Positions 25,101-39,201 of a stretch of DNA of 64,000 nucleotides are shown in pieces. A program made the position numbers and the translations under genes. The stretch is from Octopus vulgaris (taxonomy: Eukaryota). Under the pieces are notes generated by a model. It was not told where the DNA came from, ran no database searches, and worked only from the letters and a program-made list of their open reading frames with translations. Numbering within the stretch: position 1 is the first letter of the stretch; every line of letters begins with the position of its first letter. The stretch is from NCBI GenBank assembly GCA_951406725.2, contig OX597835.1, positions 49,972,001 to 50,036,000 on the forward strand. The letters are read 5' to 3'.

Positions 25101-26938
25101 TCCAGGCTGGGGAATGAGGTGCTTTAAGCTTGCACTTCTGACTTTATGCTCACCACCATACAAAAACTATTTCAGCTAAGCAAATGCATTAAAAGCATTA
25201 CAACATAATCTGATCACTATGTCATTCTCTTTGCACATTTAAGACAAATTTGGTTGGGGCACCAATGAGTAAGCCAAGATAAGGTAAATTTGCAACTTCA
25301 ATTGTCCAGAAAACAAACTCATACAAATCTATATTCACCTCTAAAGATATCAAGAAAGATCAGAAACACAAAAAAAAATTAAATATCTAGGTCAAATGAA
25401 AGAGGATCAGGGAAAAATGGCACATGATATGAAATTAACGAAAACCGACTGAATAAAAAAGACAACATAAAATATGTCTTCTATGTCTGCTTCTTCACGA
25501 TCTGCTGGAGTGTCCTTTTCGTGAGATATTTACTCACCATGCAGTTAAAGATAAGAAATTATTGAAATTACACAATACTCATTTTACCCCATTCCAGGAT
25601 ATATTTTGAAACTTGAAAATTATCAAACTGGACATTAGTGTAGAAGAAAATTGACTTTGAATCCCATAGAGAAAAGAAAATTGATTGTCAGACACCAAAA
25701 ATTATCCCGATATTTTTAATTAGCAACTTCAATTACAATCGAATCAAAGTTGAGGAAGAATCATTTGAAAAAAGAGCACCTGCCACCTGACTAGGTTTCG
25801 CACTCGATGCTGACCAATTTTGACTCCTGAAGATGATGCAAAACTTGTAATGATTTCAAACAGGTAGGGAGAAAATAACGAGAAATCAGAAGTCGTTCAT
25901 AAGTCCTTCATTTTCCCATTTTTTCTAGACGCTGTCAAGAAACAAAGTCGGGGGGGGGGGGGGCACACTTGCATAGGTATACTAAAAAGGGTTCAAGTAT
26001 TATGCTTTAAACGGCCTTAATTATGAATTAAGAATTCAACGTGTTTGGGCGTCAGATTAACGACAGCCTTCACGACAAAAGGAAACGACGAAACTTCAAA
26101 ACATTATTATGAAAATTTATAAATTTATATGCAACAAAACAGAAATTAGTACATTTATTATTTTTCTTTCTTCCTTTTTTTTAAGGTGAAATTTCCATCC
26201 ACGAGACCCCGCAAGTTATGCTTTTAGTCGCTAATTCTAAACACCACCACGTTCATGGAATAGCAGGAAACAATAAAAATCGCCCAAAATAGCTTTTATC
26301 AGGTCGAGTTGGTGGTGGTGGGGAATAGTGATAGAGCTATCTCTACATCAGATCGGATTAATTAATTCAAAGACGGCAAATTTCCATGTGTAAAAAGATG
26401 GCTAACGAAGAAGGGAAATGAATAATAAAAGATAATTGACAAGTCTTCCTTCCACCTTCACAGCATGTAACAACCTCCCACATGGAATCCCACTTGGCCT
26501 TTTTGTGTCATTTAGCGTGATGTTTGTTTAGCTTCCTGATCAAGACAGATCGAAGGTGCTCCACCCGTAACTATCCCGTCTTCTTTTTGTATGTATTCTT
26601 TATTTAAGACGGTGAGATGCAATGTCAACGAAATTTTGGCTGTTATTTCTAGCAGGTAGAGAACCCGGAAAGGCTAGATTCCTCATCTGCATCGATATTT
26701 TTTTAATCGGAACTATTAATTTAAATTTAAAGAACATTATAATTAAAACACCACAGCTAATTAAGAACCTGTTTACAATTTCACATAATAGCAGCTAATA
26801 AATTAATTATTTACAAGAGATGCGACAAAAAAAAAAGTGTTCCTTTAATATTCGAGTGAGCGCACTCGCGTGTGATAGAGAGAGAGAGCATGTGTGTGCG
26901 TGCATTACGCGCATATATATATATATATACGCATATAA

Positions 26939-27102
26939 GGCGAGCTGGCAGAAACGTTAGCACGTCGGGCGAAATGCGTAGCCTTTCAAATTCCGCCAAG
27001 GTCGACTTTGTCTTTCGGGGTCGATAAATTAAGTACCAGTTACGCACTGGGTTCGATGTAATCGACTTAATCCGTTTGTCTGTCCCCTTGTGGGTAGTAA
27101 AG
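26939..27102 (+). mobile_element. tRNA-derived SINE, family C (internally deleted)
   Basis: GGCGAGCTGGCAGAAACGTTAG...TTCAAATTCC...GGGGTCGATAAATTAAGTACCAG; many older reverse copies (e.g. ~4860-5020, 31830-31950). Confidence 0.7.
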
Positions 27103-27716
27103 AAATATATATATATAATATATACACACACATCTCGCCCACCTATAGATAGATAGACAGACACTGCATATACAATATTAAGTAATAAGAACAAAATATA
27201 TTCTTTACGAAGTCTCAGTATAATACAAGCCAACTTCTTACAGAAGAGAGAAAGTAAGACGAAGACGGGATGTATTCCAACTCAGACGAATGACTCAGGT
27301 TGAAAGACTTTAAAAGAAAGAGGAACATTTATTCCATGATTTATCTTTAATGACAAATAATAATTCATGGAAATTCAAAGTCGTTACTTCCTTTTCTCTT
27401 TTGTTAACTAATAGTTCTGCAAGTTGCAAATTATACAATTATAAAACATGTAGACATTTAAGATTAAAAGTCGAGACCGAACACGAAAGAGAAAATAAAA
27501 GGATGTAATTGGCACAAGATTTATTAATAATAGTATGTAAAAAAAAATCAACGCCGGTCTATACAAAGGTATGTGTGTATATATGGATAAAGTATATATA
27601 AGTATTTCGTAGTCACATAAACGCGCACGAGGTGTGTAAATACAATAACATTCGTTAAGTTTAGAACATTTAAACAGAAAGGGGAAGGATATGATTGATT
27701 TATCGATGTTTGGGTA

Positions 27717-27919
27717 CAGTGGTCCCGGTGCGCGCACTCGCGTAGTGGCGCTAGCTAGTCGTGACTAGTCGATCCTACAACGACTAGCTAGCAAAGTAAA
27801 TAAAACACAAAATAAATAATTTTTGTTAAACAAAGTAAATAAAACAAAATCACAAAGTAAGGATCGACTAGTCATGACTAGCTAGTTCGGATGCGCGAGT
27901 GCGCGCACTGGGACCACTG
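27717..27919. mobile_element. GC-rich MITE with long TIRs
   Basis: CAGTGGTCCCGGTGCGCGCACTCGCG... mirrored by ...CGCGAGTGCGCGCACTGGGACCACTG; arms about 60 bp. Confidence 0.8.
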
Positions 27920-29835
27920 TTCTCAAGTAGTACCGATGTTTGTTAAATAAGAGTAACATATGGATAAGGAGGGGGGGGACTTGCAAAACCACATCAGAAG
28001 AGGGCCTAACAAAACTTGATAACCCTAACCCGCTGCTGGTAAAGAGAGACATTATATATAAAACAAGGTGTGAGATTTCATTTTCATAGCAATCGAAGGC
28101 AGCCAAGAAAGGTTATTGGGTTGGTGACGGACACCGATGTGTTTTCTCAAGAGACACAACACCAAATTGAGTTGAGGTCTAATGAATGACTTCTATGTCG
28201 ATATCGAACACGCATGACGGATGTCGCGGACATTTCATTCTCACTGACCAACCAAGGACCGTCGAATTTGTCGAATCGAAATGAGGTTGAGTGACCATCA
28301 TGCCTTCAAGGCTATTAAATGATTTGGACAAGTGAATGTTCAGTTCCTTTTTTTTATCAAACACAACAAAAATCGAAGAGCTAACACAGAAAGGACAAAT
28401 AATGGATGAACAGGAAACTTAAAATCCCCCCTGTCCCTCGAGACACCCAAATATATATATATATTTGTAGTTTCAGCTCAGAGCTGCGGCCATGCTAATG
28501 CACCGGGGTGGTCATATATATTTCTCTACACATATCATCACTGGAATTCGAAATGTTAGTTTAACCCCAGTAAAAGTTGCAATATTAAAGACTCAACTAT
28601 AATAAAAACGAGAAAGATCCAAATGACTGCCTTTTACTTTCTCTCAATCTATTTTTGACCGGTGGTTAAGTTGTCATGTGAAAAATATTGCTGCTTCAGA
28701 TTCGATTCAAAATACAACCCCTAAAATCCAGGTATCCTACCCCTAACCCTACCTACATCCATAAATAAAATATTTTCCTTTAAACTGAAGTTTCCATAAG
28801 TTTTTAACTTGGAATTCATTTTAAACAAATCATATCAGAACTTCAAAGACTTCTTCACCTTAAGTGACATTTCTGTTACTTATAAATTTTTACCAAGAAA
28901 AAGTTCTTAAAGAATTTTATAAAGTGAAGTTTATTATTTATTAGAGTCGACGACGGACCCAGGCCTACTAACATAATGCATAAATCAAAAAGTATATAGA
29001 AAGATATTAAAAGCAAAGTGTCCATTATTCTCTTTAAAAGATGTTTTTCTTCTCTTCATTTGTCAAGCCAACATTCATTACGTCCCGCCATTAATAAAAA
29101 GAATGTCACTGAAAGAAACTGGGTGTTAATAACTCCTCAGACACACTGTGTTTTCTGGAAACCCATAGAAGAGAAAAAAACGAGAGAAATCTCCAACATC
29201 ATAAGCTCATTATGTCACGTCTATGAGTTCGGTTTAGGGTCTGAGGACAGAGAGCAAGGCGAAACTTGGAAACCACGAGCAAACTTTTCCTTGTAAAGAT
29301 TAGGAACGTGTAGAATAAATGCTTCAGTTAATGTTAAATTGCTTTTATATATATAACTTCACACAAAAACAATACATACACACATATAGAGACAATTCTT
29401 AGTTGATACAATTAAACTAAATTTGAATACTACAGAAGGGGAGACCATCTAAGTCATTGTTGGACATGCTAGAAAGAGCAACCAAAACCTCTATTTCAAA
29501 CTACCGCCAATCCAAAGAAGAACACACGAGGGATAGACTAAGTTATAGATATCTGAAAACAAGACTAGATGGTCACGGCGGAAACGTCTTTTAAACATAG
29601 ATCCTCCAGTCAGGCCAGAGCTGACCTAAGTTTGACACAGCAATGACCAACACATAAAAATATAAACACACGTGACTTGTAAATTACTTTGGTACATAAC
29701 AACACTAATTAGGTAATACCTTTCTCATCACACACACACACACATACTACCGATAGATATAGCAAATTCATTACATCGGCATGAATATTTAGCTCACTAA
29801 ATTCACGACCTGGTGTAAAAAAAACTTAAGGACAG

Positions 29836-29890
<55 letters not shown>

Positions 29891-29919
29891 TGTCCTTATA
29901 TATAATACACCAGATCGTA

Positions 29920-29950
<31 letters not shown>

Positions 29951-30063
29951 ATTCAATGCTATGCAGTGAATACTGAGTACTTCCTTTCCGTTTGTAAACA
30001 TGAAGTTTCACACACACCACACGCATATATATATATTATAGGTTTCGGTCATGCTACAGTACA

Positions 30064-30101
<38 letters not shown>

Positions 30102-30247
30102 TGTGCTGTAGCATGATGTGTGTGTATATATATATATATATATAAATATGTATACATATATACATACATTTTACATAGGCAATGTGTGTGTGAGAGGAAG
30201 GTAGAGTTTACACATTTTCAATGTAGTTTTATCAATTAAAATCTTAC

Positions 30248-30389
30248 CTGAGCTCGATTGATCGTCTTCAGACTGATAATTGGCATCGTCATCGTTAACA
30301 TCAGATGCATTTCGTGTAAGCTTCTCTTTGTCCGTCTTGGTGAACTGGTATTGCATCAAGGTCGACAATTTACCATTACGACTGGCCAT
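30248..30389 (-). CDS. SMARCAD1: SMARCAD1/Fun30 chromatin remodeller, coding exon 1
   Basis: ATG at 30389; MASRNGKLSTLMQYQFTKTDK...EDDQSSS; donor CAG|GTAAGA. 142 nt, phase 1, which matches the next exon. LMQYQFTK loosely resembles the vertebrate N-terminus LDRFRFEK. Confidence 0.75.
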
Positions 30390-32587
30390 TTCAAGATTTT
30401 CAGATGTTTTTGTGTGTGTGTGTGCTTTTCTTTTGATCGATCTTTAAAAAAATCTTTCTTTTCGTATCCTTTCGCTCGATCACTCAATCTCGTAGACTGT
30501 GGGGGGTTTTGATTAAAAAATTTCTTTTCTTCTGTATTCTTCGTACAAATAAACTACACGAAGAGAAAGAAAAGACGAGGTGATGTAAGAAAATCAAAAA
30601 GAAATAAAGCTTGACAAGGAAATGAATGGTCGAGGCGTGTTATTTCTATTAAATATATAATAACGAACATATTAAAATACTAACGAACTTAAGAAGAAAT
30701 AAGAGGCGTCGGATATATTTAAAATGATATTAAAACAAAGGAATTGTTTTTGAAAAGACAAAGATGGATTAGAATGGAGAAAGGAAATGAGTTTTGCTTT
30801 TGTGCTAAAATCTGTTTTCCGTGTGTCGGCCGATTGCATGGTTCGGTGTTAAATAACAACGCATTTAAAAGGTAAATGTTGAGGAGAAAGGCAGAAACGA
30901 ATGTAAACTCACTGAATTGATGGTATCCGGTATATTATGAATGCTTCAGATTAGATTAAGCGGTGGCGGTGGTTGTTGACGGAGGACAGCTGCAGTTTGG
31001 AGAGATGGAAGAGAACGACCAGGCCTTCTTTGTTGTCCAGTATTTCCGTCCACTATTGTGAGGTTGATATAAAACAAAAAAATATAACTCTCTGTGTATA
31101 TTAGAGGGGGAAAGTAGGTGAATTCGTGCGAACGATGAAGACGAAATGCCAAGCCGAAGAGAACAGCCTCACATCCCGCCTTGCTTCACCATAAACGAGG
31201 AGGAGGAGGAACTCTCTAGGCAAGGACTGTTACCTTTCTTTGGACTGGAAGGTGCTTAATTAGATAATTTTAATAATTAGAAAAAATTATAATTAGTGAT
31301 TGATAAGATAGTTGGCATCAGTGGGAAGAATTTTAAAAGTATTCAGAGTCTCTCCAGATTTTGTTTTCTCTTTGCATTGAAGGAGACACATGGAAAATAA
31401 ATAATAAAAGAAATTGAAAAGTGGTGTCATTTCTGGTCTTCCATGATAGGAGAGCGTAATTGTGATCTCGCAGATCTTAACAATAGTGTTGATGATGATG
31501 ATGATGGTAGTGGATCTTCGTCGTTTGACAAAGAGGATTCAGTTATTCGATCAACTGAATTATCTGCTCCTGAATTAATGTGAAGGTGGCTGAGTATTCC
31601 GCACACACACACGTTGTACCCTTAAAATAATTCTCACCGAAAATCAGCGTGACACAATTTTAACAAAGATGCACCTTTTCCATTACACCTGACGGGCTTC
31701 TTTACAGTCTCCGTCTTTCCAATTTCACTTGCGAGGTCGGCACGAGGTTATAGAAAATGACATTTACCGAAGATGCCCCGCAGTATGACCGAAACCGTAA
31801 AATAATTTTTTTTTAATTATAACTTTTGCTTTCTACTATAAGCACAAAGCCTGAAATCTTGGGTGAGGGGGTGGGGGTAGTCGATTAGATCGACCCCTTT
31901 TATCGATGAACGGTAAAGTCGACCTCGGTAGAATTTGAACTTAGAACCAACAGCCAAAAGAAATGTCCGACTTGTTCCAGGTTCTGACAACCCAATTTCC
32001 GTTTTATTCTTCTAATATAATTCCATTCACATCTAGGATACTTTAGAGGAATATAAATCGTCTCGGGACTTGATTAGTATTATGTTTATGGACAGGATTC
32101 GAATTCCGAACGAAATGTTCCATAACTTGAATACCGGCAACCAGTCAGCCCAGTGCATTGGCATCTTTGCCAATCCATCGCCTTATTCGTCTTCCACGAC
32201 CAGGTTTGGAGTTTCTCTTTAGATCATACCGACTTACCCTGAATTAATACAGTTAAGAAAAAAGTGAAACATTTGTATAGCCTGGCTTCATAGGTTTGCG
32301 TCGATGTAAGATCTTCGCCTTTTATAAGAGTTTCGTTCCAACGACTATGAAAAATAAACCAATGCCAATACTTAAACGGTTCTTTATTTTTCGAACATAG
32401 AAGGATGCAAACTAAAGCCAACTCGGTAGTATTTGAACGTTTAGGGTCGCAATTAAGTCCCGTTATCTCTTTTTCTTGACGCTCTAAAGACTCTATTCGA
32501 TTTGAAATGAAAAATTAGGTAACTGCGTGGATAACACGATCAGTTTCCAACCACGTGGATTTAGGTTCCATCCACGATTAATAAATG

Positions 32588-32652
32588 TGTGCACCTGGAT
32601 GTGCGTACCTGGTTGCGCGTACCTGGATGCGCGTACCTGGATGTGCGTACCT
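32588..32652. repeat. 14-bp tandem repeat x~4.5
   Basis: (GYGCGTACCTGGAT)n. Confidence 0.8.
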
Positions 32653-33485
32653 TGCATGGTTAAAACAAACAAACAAACAAAAAAGCGGTGCTTAAACACC
32701 GAAGTTCCTTATATTGGATTAGTCACTCCTGCCGTCAGAAATAAAGGGAAGCAGTGATTGGTTGGTCTGTTGGAAACCCGTAACTAAGGACGCTATGGTT
32801 CGCATATTGTGAAATAAATCTTATATATATATATATACATTTTTTCTTTAGTTTTGCTTCTTTTTTTAAAGTTTTGGTAATTTATACCCTTGCAAATTAA
32901 TTAAATAAAGATAATGACTCTAAGGATCATGGTTCTAATTTACTGCGATAGATGAATTACTTTTGTTTTGATTTTTATGTCCCTTGTTCTTCACTCCATG
33001 ATTATCCTAAATCGAGCCATGTTCAAAACATTCTAGCCATAACCTTTATGTGCAACGAACCCGAAGGAGTAATATTAAAGAGAAATTGGGTGGGGGGCAT
33101 TTCTAGCTGATTAGGTAATCATGTACAATTGGCATAGGTAACTTTTTTCGAGAAGTTGACTGCGCTACTTAAACATAATTTTTTGTTAGACGTGCCATGT
33201 AGGCAGTCCTGTCGGCTGTAGTTTGCCTATATGTGGGTTGTGGGGTCAACCACGTCCTCCGCTTCATTTTTTGTAAATCACTCATTCTCACTTAATTGTA
33301 TATATTTTAATTGTTTATTCATTCGTTTCGTCTCATTCGATACCCTGACCTCAATGTTTGTTTTGTCTGTCCTCGTATCGTCCCCTCTTTTTCTCAACCT
33401 CATCGTTAATAAAGAAATTGACTGACATTCAGGGTTCCTTGTTGGAGCCACATCTATTGTTTTTATTTATTTTTTTATCGTATAA

Positions 33486-33868
33486 GCGCAGGAGTGGCTG
33501 TGTGGTAAGTAGCTTGCTTACCAACAACATGGTTCCAGTTTCAGTCCCACTGCGTGGCATCTTGGGCAAGTGTCTTCTACTATAGCCTCGGGCCGACCAA
33601 AGCCTTGTGAGTGGATTTGGTAGACGGAATCTGAAAGAAGCCCGTCGTATATATGTATATATATATGCGTGTGTGTGTTTGTCCCCCTAGCATTGCTTGA
33701 CAACCAATGCGGGTGTGTTTACGTCCCCGTAACTTAGCGGTTCAGCAAAAGAGACCGATAGAATAAGTACTGGGCTTACAAAAGAATAAGTCCCGGGGTC
33801 GAGTTGCTCGATTAAAGGTAGTGCTCCAGCATGGCCACAGTCAAATGACTGAAACAAGTAAAAGAGTA
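33486..33868 (+). mobile_element. tRNA-derived SINE, family A (full length)
   Basis: A-box-like TGGCTGTGTGG, B-box-like TTCAGTCCC, core CTTGGGCAAGTG...GCCTTGTGAGTGGATTTGGTAGACGG, tail GACTGAAACAAGTAAAAG. Copies at ~14266-14670, 46191-46580, 22375-22530, 7886-8070. Confidence 0.85.
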
Positions 33869-34749
33869 TTTATTTATTTATCATCTTTTTTTAATGTCGT
33901 TTTTGGTTGTTTGACATCTATTTTCTACATCGGAAAGGAAGAGAGTTGTTGGCAGCCGACGAGTGTGCAAAGATGGCTTGTATAAGCAGCCAGGATTTTT
34001 TGTTGATGTAACTGTTATGTTTTAACGTATTCTCATAGCTCGATGCCCACTCAATAACAAATCATTTTACAGCGTCAACGTGGAATGAGTGTTTTCTCAT
34101 GTCGTCCTCCACAAGAAAGGTTATCTAACAGGACAGTAGTGTCCCCGCTACACTGTGTAATTTCTTTTAATCAGTTACTGCCCACCCTTAAACTATATCA
34201 AATGTGTTAACACAGCTTAAATATTGTTTATCATGCAGATGGGGCCTCTGTCAAATTAATCTCAGTTAATCATTTTTTAATTAGCTAATTGTTCGCAATT
34301 CGTCGTGTACACAAAAATCTACACGAATATCGTCGATACTTTGGCCTTTATAGTAAAGTTAATGCACCACTGAGGAGGTCCCATAATATAGAAGCATTTC
34401 CAGAATTATCTGCCATGCTTGCAGAAACGAAGATATTTGTCATTGCTGTTTTTTTTTTTTTTCATCGCATAAATATTTCAAATTATCTCCCCTTCCCCTA
34501 GAAATCCACAATTACCATTAGGCCTTTGCTTACGTTTTGCATATAATGTGTTAATTTCAGTTAATTTGGAATATTTTTACATGCGTCATTTTATCAAACC
34601 CCATGCCATATGAATCCTCTCCCTTAGCTTCTTTAATTTCTTTATTTCTATTGTTCAAATTACTATTGGGCAAAACTCTTTATAAATCTGTTCATATATA
34701 TATATGGTGGTTGTCTACTCCTTATGCAGAGTTTGACCACCTCTTGTAT

Positions 34750-35535
34750 CTACATTTTAGAATCATCATGGCATCTGATGCGGCTTTTTAAACCAGACAA
34801 TGTTCTGAAAAGACACCCACAAAGATTGCATGTCTGATTTGGACCACCAAGAGCTTCAGATAAATTTTGATCTTTGTGGATCTTAAAATGTCTTTTGAGG
34901 CCTCCGTTAGATTTGCAAACCCTCTGGCATACACTGCATTCAAAGGTGTGTATAGACATATAGGCAGAATAGTTGGTGGGGGTTCATTTTCTGTGGGTTT
35001 GCAAATGAGATTTGAGCCCAGCAAAAGAAAGGCAGGGTCTGTCACAAACTATGCTCACAAAAAGGTCATTGTGATTCACCTTCTTGATCGTTACATTCTT
35101 CCTTAAATCTCTCTTGAGTCTTGCATGCGTAATCCTGGCCTCTTCAAACGCTTTCACTCCACTCCACACTTTTGTTCGCCATCCAGCTCAATCCGAAGCA
35201 AGGGTTTCTATGTCCTCTGGATCCATTCCAAGTGACTTCATAGTAGTGCTAATACTGTCCTTAAACATTTCTTTAGGTTTATGCCGATAGCGTTTCCCTT
35301 CCGCTTGCTCACCATAAAACAGCTGTTTGGGTGTGCGTTCATTTGCCATTCGAACAATATGGCCACACCATCTCATTTGGTTCCTCAAAATCATAGCTTT
35401 AATTGAGGTGATGCCTGCAGATGCAAGGACATCTGTGTTTGGAGTAAAAGAACTCCATTTAATGTTTAAAATGCAATGAAGGCATTTTTGGTGGAATTGT
35501 TCTAACAATTTGAAATGTCCTTCATAACATGTCCT
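34750..35535 (-). mobile_element. RTE-BovB-like LINE 3' fragment with three C2H2 zinc fingers
   Basis: MRWCGHIVRMANERTPKQLFYG, then xIVCDRPCLSFAGLKSHLQTH, CSVCQRVCKSNGGLKRHFKIH, CNLCGCLFRTLSGLKSRIRCH. Confidence 0.85.
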
Positions 35536-35617
35536 TATCTTTTGCCTTACCTGCTAACAAGGATCAGATTTTTCTTTCCTCCTTAACGTGGAAATAAATT
35601 TTGTAAACTAAATTTAA

Positions 35618-37365
35618 TCATCAACATCATCAATGCTTAATGTCTGCCTTCCATGCTGGCATGGATGGGACAGTTTGACAGGAGCTGGCCAAACCAAAGA
35701 CTGCACCAGACTTCTGTGACTGTTTTGACATGGTTTTTACAGCTGGATGCCCTTCCTAACACCAACCACCCAGCAGAGTGGGTGTGGTGCTTTTTACATG
35801 GCACAAGCACAAGTGACGTCAGTTCTGGCAAGAGTATAACGTCCAATGAAGGGAGGTTGGCATGGGTGCCAGTCGTCGAATTTGGTTCGATTTCGAATTC
35901 AATTTCGATTTCACTTGCCTCAACAGGTCTTCGCAAGCAGAGTTTTGTGTCCAAAGAAGGTAAGGTATGCATAAGTGGGCTGGCTACATCCCTGGTAAAG
36001 GCCACGGGTTAGGGTCTCACTTGTCCTGCCGGGTCTTCTCATGCACAGCATATTTCCAAAGGTCTCGGTCACTAGTCATTGCCTCGGTGAGGCCTAATGT
36101 TCGAAGGTCGTATTTCACCACCTTGTCCCAGGTCTTCCTGGATCTACCTCTTCCACAGGGTCCCTCAACCGCTAGGGTGTAGCACTTTTTCACACAACTA
36201 TCTTCATCCATTCTCACCACATGACCATGCCAGTGCAATCGTCTCTCTTGCACATCACAACTGATGCTTCTTAGGTCAACTTTTCTCTCAAGGTACTTAC
36301 ACTCTGTCGAGTATGAACACTGACATTACACATCCATCGGAGCATACTGGCTTCATTCCTTGCGAGCGTACGCATCTCCTCAGCAGTCACAGCTCATGTT
36401 TCACTGCCATGAAGCATGGCTGTTCATACACATGCATCATACAGTTTGCTTTTTACTTTGAGCGAGAGGCCCTTTGTCACCAGCAGAGGTGAGAGCTCTC
36501 TGAACTTTGCTCAGGCTATTTTTATTTTAGCAGTTACACTTTCAGCACACTCGCCTCCGCTACTGACTTGGTCACCTAGGTAACGGAAGCTATCAACTAC
36601 TTCTAGTTTTTCTCCCTGGAATGTGGCAGAAGTTGTTCTCTGCACGTTTTCAGTGTTTATTGCTCCTGAGCATCTGCCACATACAAAAACTATCTTCCTA
36701 GTTAGCCTTCCTTTGATATTGCTGCACCTCTTATGTGTCCATAGCTTACACTGGGTACATCTTATGGAGTTTCTACAAATGCCTTTTATACAGATTGAGC
36801 AGTGCCATCTACCTGAAGGGGTTTGTGATTTTTCAACCTTCCTACTTATTAGGACTTTGGTTTTAGCTAGGTTGACTCTAAGGCCCTTCGATTCTAGACC
36901 TTGCTTCCACACCTGAAACTTCTCCTCTAGTTCTGATAGTGACTCAGCAATTAGAGCAAGGTCATCAGCATAGAGGAGCTCCCAGGAGCATCCTGTCTTG
37001 AATTCCTCTGTTATTGCCTAGAGGACTATGATAAATAGGAGGGGGCTGAGGACTAAACCTTGGTGGACCCCTACTTCTACCAGGAATTCTTCACTGTACT
37101 CGTTGCCAACCCTCACCTTACTGACAACGTCCCTGTACATGGCTCGCACAGCTCTCACTAACCATTCATCTATCCCTAGTTTCTTCATTGACCATCAGAT
37201 AAGGGATAGTGTGACCCTGTCGAAGGCTTTCTCCATGTCAACAAAAGCCAGGTACAGGGCCTTATCTTTAGCTAGGTATTTCTCCTGCAGCTGTCTTACC
37301 AGAAATATAGCATCAGTGGTGCTTTTCCCTGGCATGAATCCAAACTGCATCTCATCTAAACTGAC

Positions 37366-37367
<2 letters not shown>
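35618..37367 (-). mobile_element. RTE LINE, same family, 5'-truncated at a (TA)n tract, with 3' tail
   Basis: ORFs 37195-37440, 36511-36912 and 36017-36253 repeat the peptides of copy 1; (TGA)n-like tail near 35618. Confidence 0.92.
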
Positions 37368-37411
<44 letters not shown>

Positions 37412-37904
37412 TATAAGTATATATCTATATACACACACACATATATAAAATACGCTTTAATTGAAATAAAGTTTGCCTAAAATCAAACACATCTAATATA
37501 ATAAATGTGGATGTCAGTGTGTCACACTTTTTCAACTTTACTCCAAAAGGCCGTAGCCCAACATATCATACCATTTTGCAATCAGGCTGACTCTGTGAGT
37601 AAATTAAAAACATTACAGGCCAAATCCAGACCCACAATTATTTTATGTGACTTTTGGGACAAATTTTTTTGTACAATATCAATTTTTATAATCTAAAGGC
37701 TAACTCTGTGAGTAAATTAAAAACATTCCGGGCTGAATCCGGACCCTCAATCCTGAAATTTTGGATTCCAATGTTTCCATTCCTGTGATAGCTTTTGACA
37801 ATGCTTTTTACATGATTTTTAGTGACGAATCTGATCATGATTGGGATTTGACTCTGGAGGAAGCAATTGCAACAAATTCTCCAAAACAAGTCAGAGATCT
37901 CCAT

Positions 37905-39065
37905 TTCGTATGTGGCAGATGTGCAAGAACAATAAGCACCAAGAGTACATGGGACTTAGATTCTCTCAAATGCCCAGGAAGCAGTCTTGAGGTTGTAGAT
38001 AGTTGCTATTACCTAGGTGACCAAATTAGCAATTGCGGAGAATATTCTGAAAGTATTGTTTCCAGAATAAAAATTAGGTGGAGGAAGACATGATCAAATG
38101 TAAATAAAGTCAGAGATTTGTTTGCAGATCTTCCCATTCAGCGTCAGTTGCTTAAATGCTGGCCTATTGGGTGGCTTTTAAGATAGGGTATACACACACA
38201 CACACAGATACACACTCTGCAGAGTGGTTAGTGTTAGGAATGAATGGCATCCAGCAGTAACAACCATGCCAAAACAAATACAGTAGCCCGGTATTGTCTA
38301 CTGCCTGGCTGGTTCCTGTCAAACCATCCAACCCATGCCAGCATGGAAGGCATACATTAAATAATTATGATGATGATGATGATGATGACATAGGAATGCT
38401 ACAACGCAGTGAAACATGGGCTGTGACAGCTGAGGACATGCATAGGCTTGAAAGAAATGAAGCCAGTATGCTTCGCTGGATGTGCAATGTCATCTTGGGA
38501 GAAAAGTTGGGCATAAGAGGAATCAGAAGTGGTGTGCAAGAGAGATGACTGCGCTGGTATGGTCATGAAATCTGTATAGATGCGGAGAGCTGTGTAAAGA
38601 AGTGCCAATCTCTGTGGAGGGAACCTGTGGTAGAGGAAGACCAAGGAAGACATGGGACAAGGTGGTGAAGCATGATCTTTGAACTTTGGAACTCACAGAG
38701 GCAATGACTAGTGACCGAGACCTTTGGCAATATGCTGAGCTTGAGAAGACCCATCAAGCCAAGCGGAATGGTAGTCATGGCTGATGCTGGTGTCATGTCA
38801 GTGGCATGTAAAAAGCAACTTTTGAGCGTTAGGTCTCACAGTGGCAAAGTAGTTGATGCTGGTGGCACATGAAAAGCTCCTTTTGAGTGTTTGGCCTCAT
38901 GGAGGCAATCACTGTGACCTTTGGCATTATGTCATGCTTGAGAAGAAGATTCATCAAGCCAAATGGAATGGTAGTCATGGCAGATACCAGTGTCACACTA
39001 ATGGCACATATAAGTACCCAATACACTCTTAGAATGGTTGGTGTTAGGAAAGGCATCCAGCCGTA
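37905..39065 (+). mobile_element. Older fragmented RTE LINE pieces of the PHD family with 3' UTR repeats
   Basis: FVCGRC...LEVVDSCYYLGDQ and SETWAVTAEDMHRLERNEASMLRWMC peptides; GTGGCAC/AAAAAGC 3' UTR units. Confidence 0.8.
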
Positions 39066-39201
39066 GAGACTGGTGTATGTATGTATATATATACATACAT
39101 ATACATATATGTGAAGGCACGTGGCTTAGTGGTTAGGGGCATTTGGTTCATGATCGTAAGGTCATGAGTTCAATTCCCGGCAGTGCATTGTGTCCTATTT
39201 C

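Noticed and set aside
25525-25545. ATG|GTGAGT donor-like site on the minus strand in SMARCAD1 intron 1
   Set aside because: Phase 0, incompatible with exon 2 (phase 1), and no supporting upstream exon.
25530-25875. Possible decayed Penelope 3' end with CTGAAGA...CAAACAGGTA hammerhead-like motif
   Set aside because: GAAA is absent (CAAA), the stems are weak and upstream coding similarity is too degraded to support.
30946-31260. Possible divergent gene or exon upstream of SMARCAD1
   Set aside because: Somewhat GC-richer, but only tiny ORFs and no linked downstream exons were found; may be promoter sequence.
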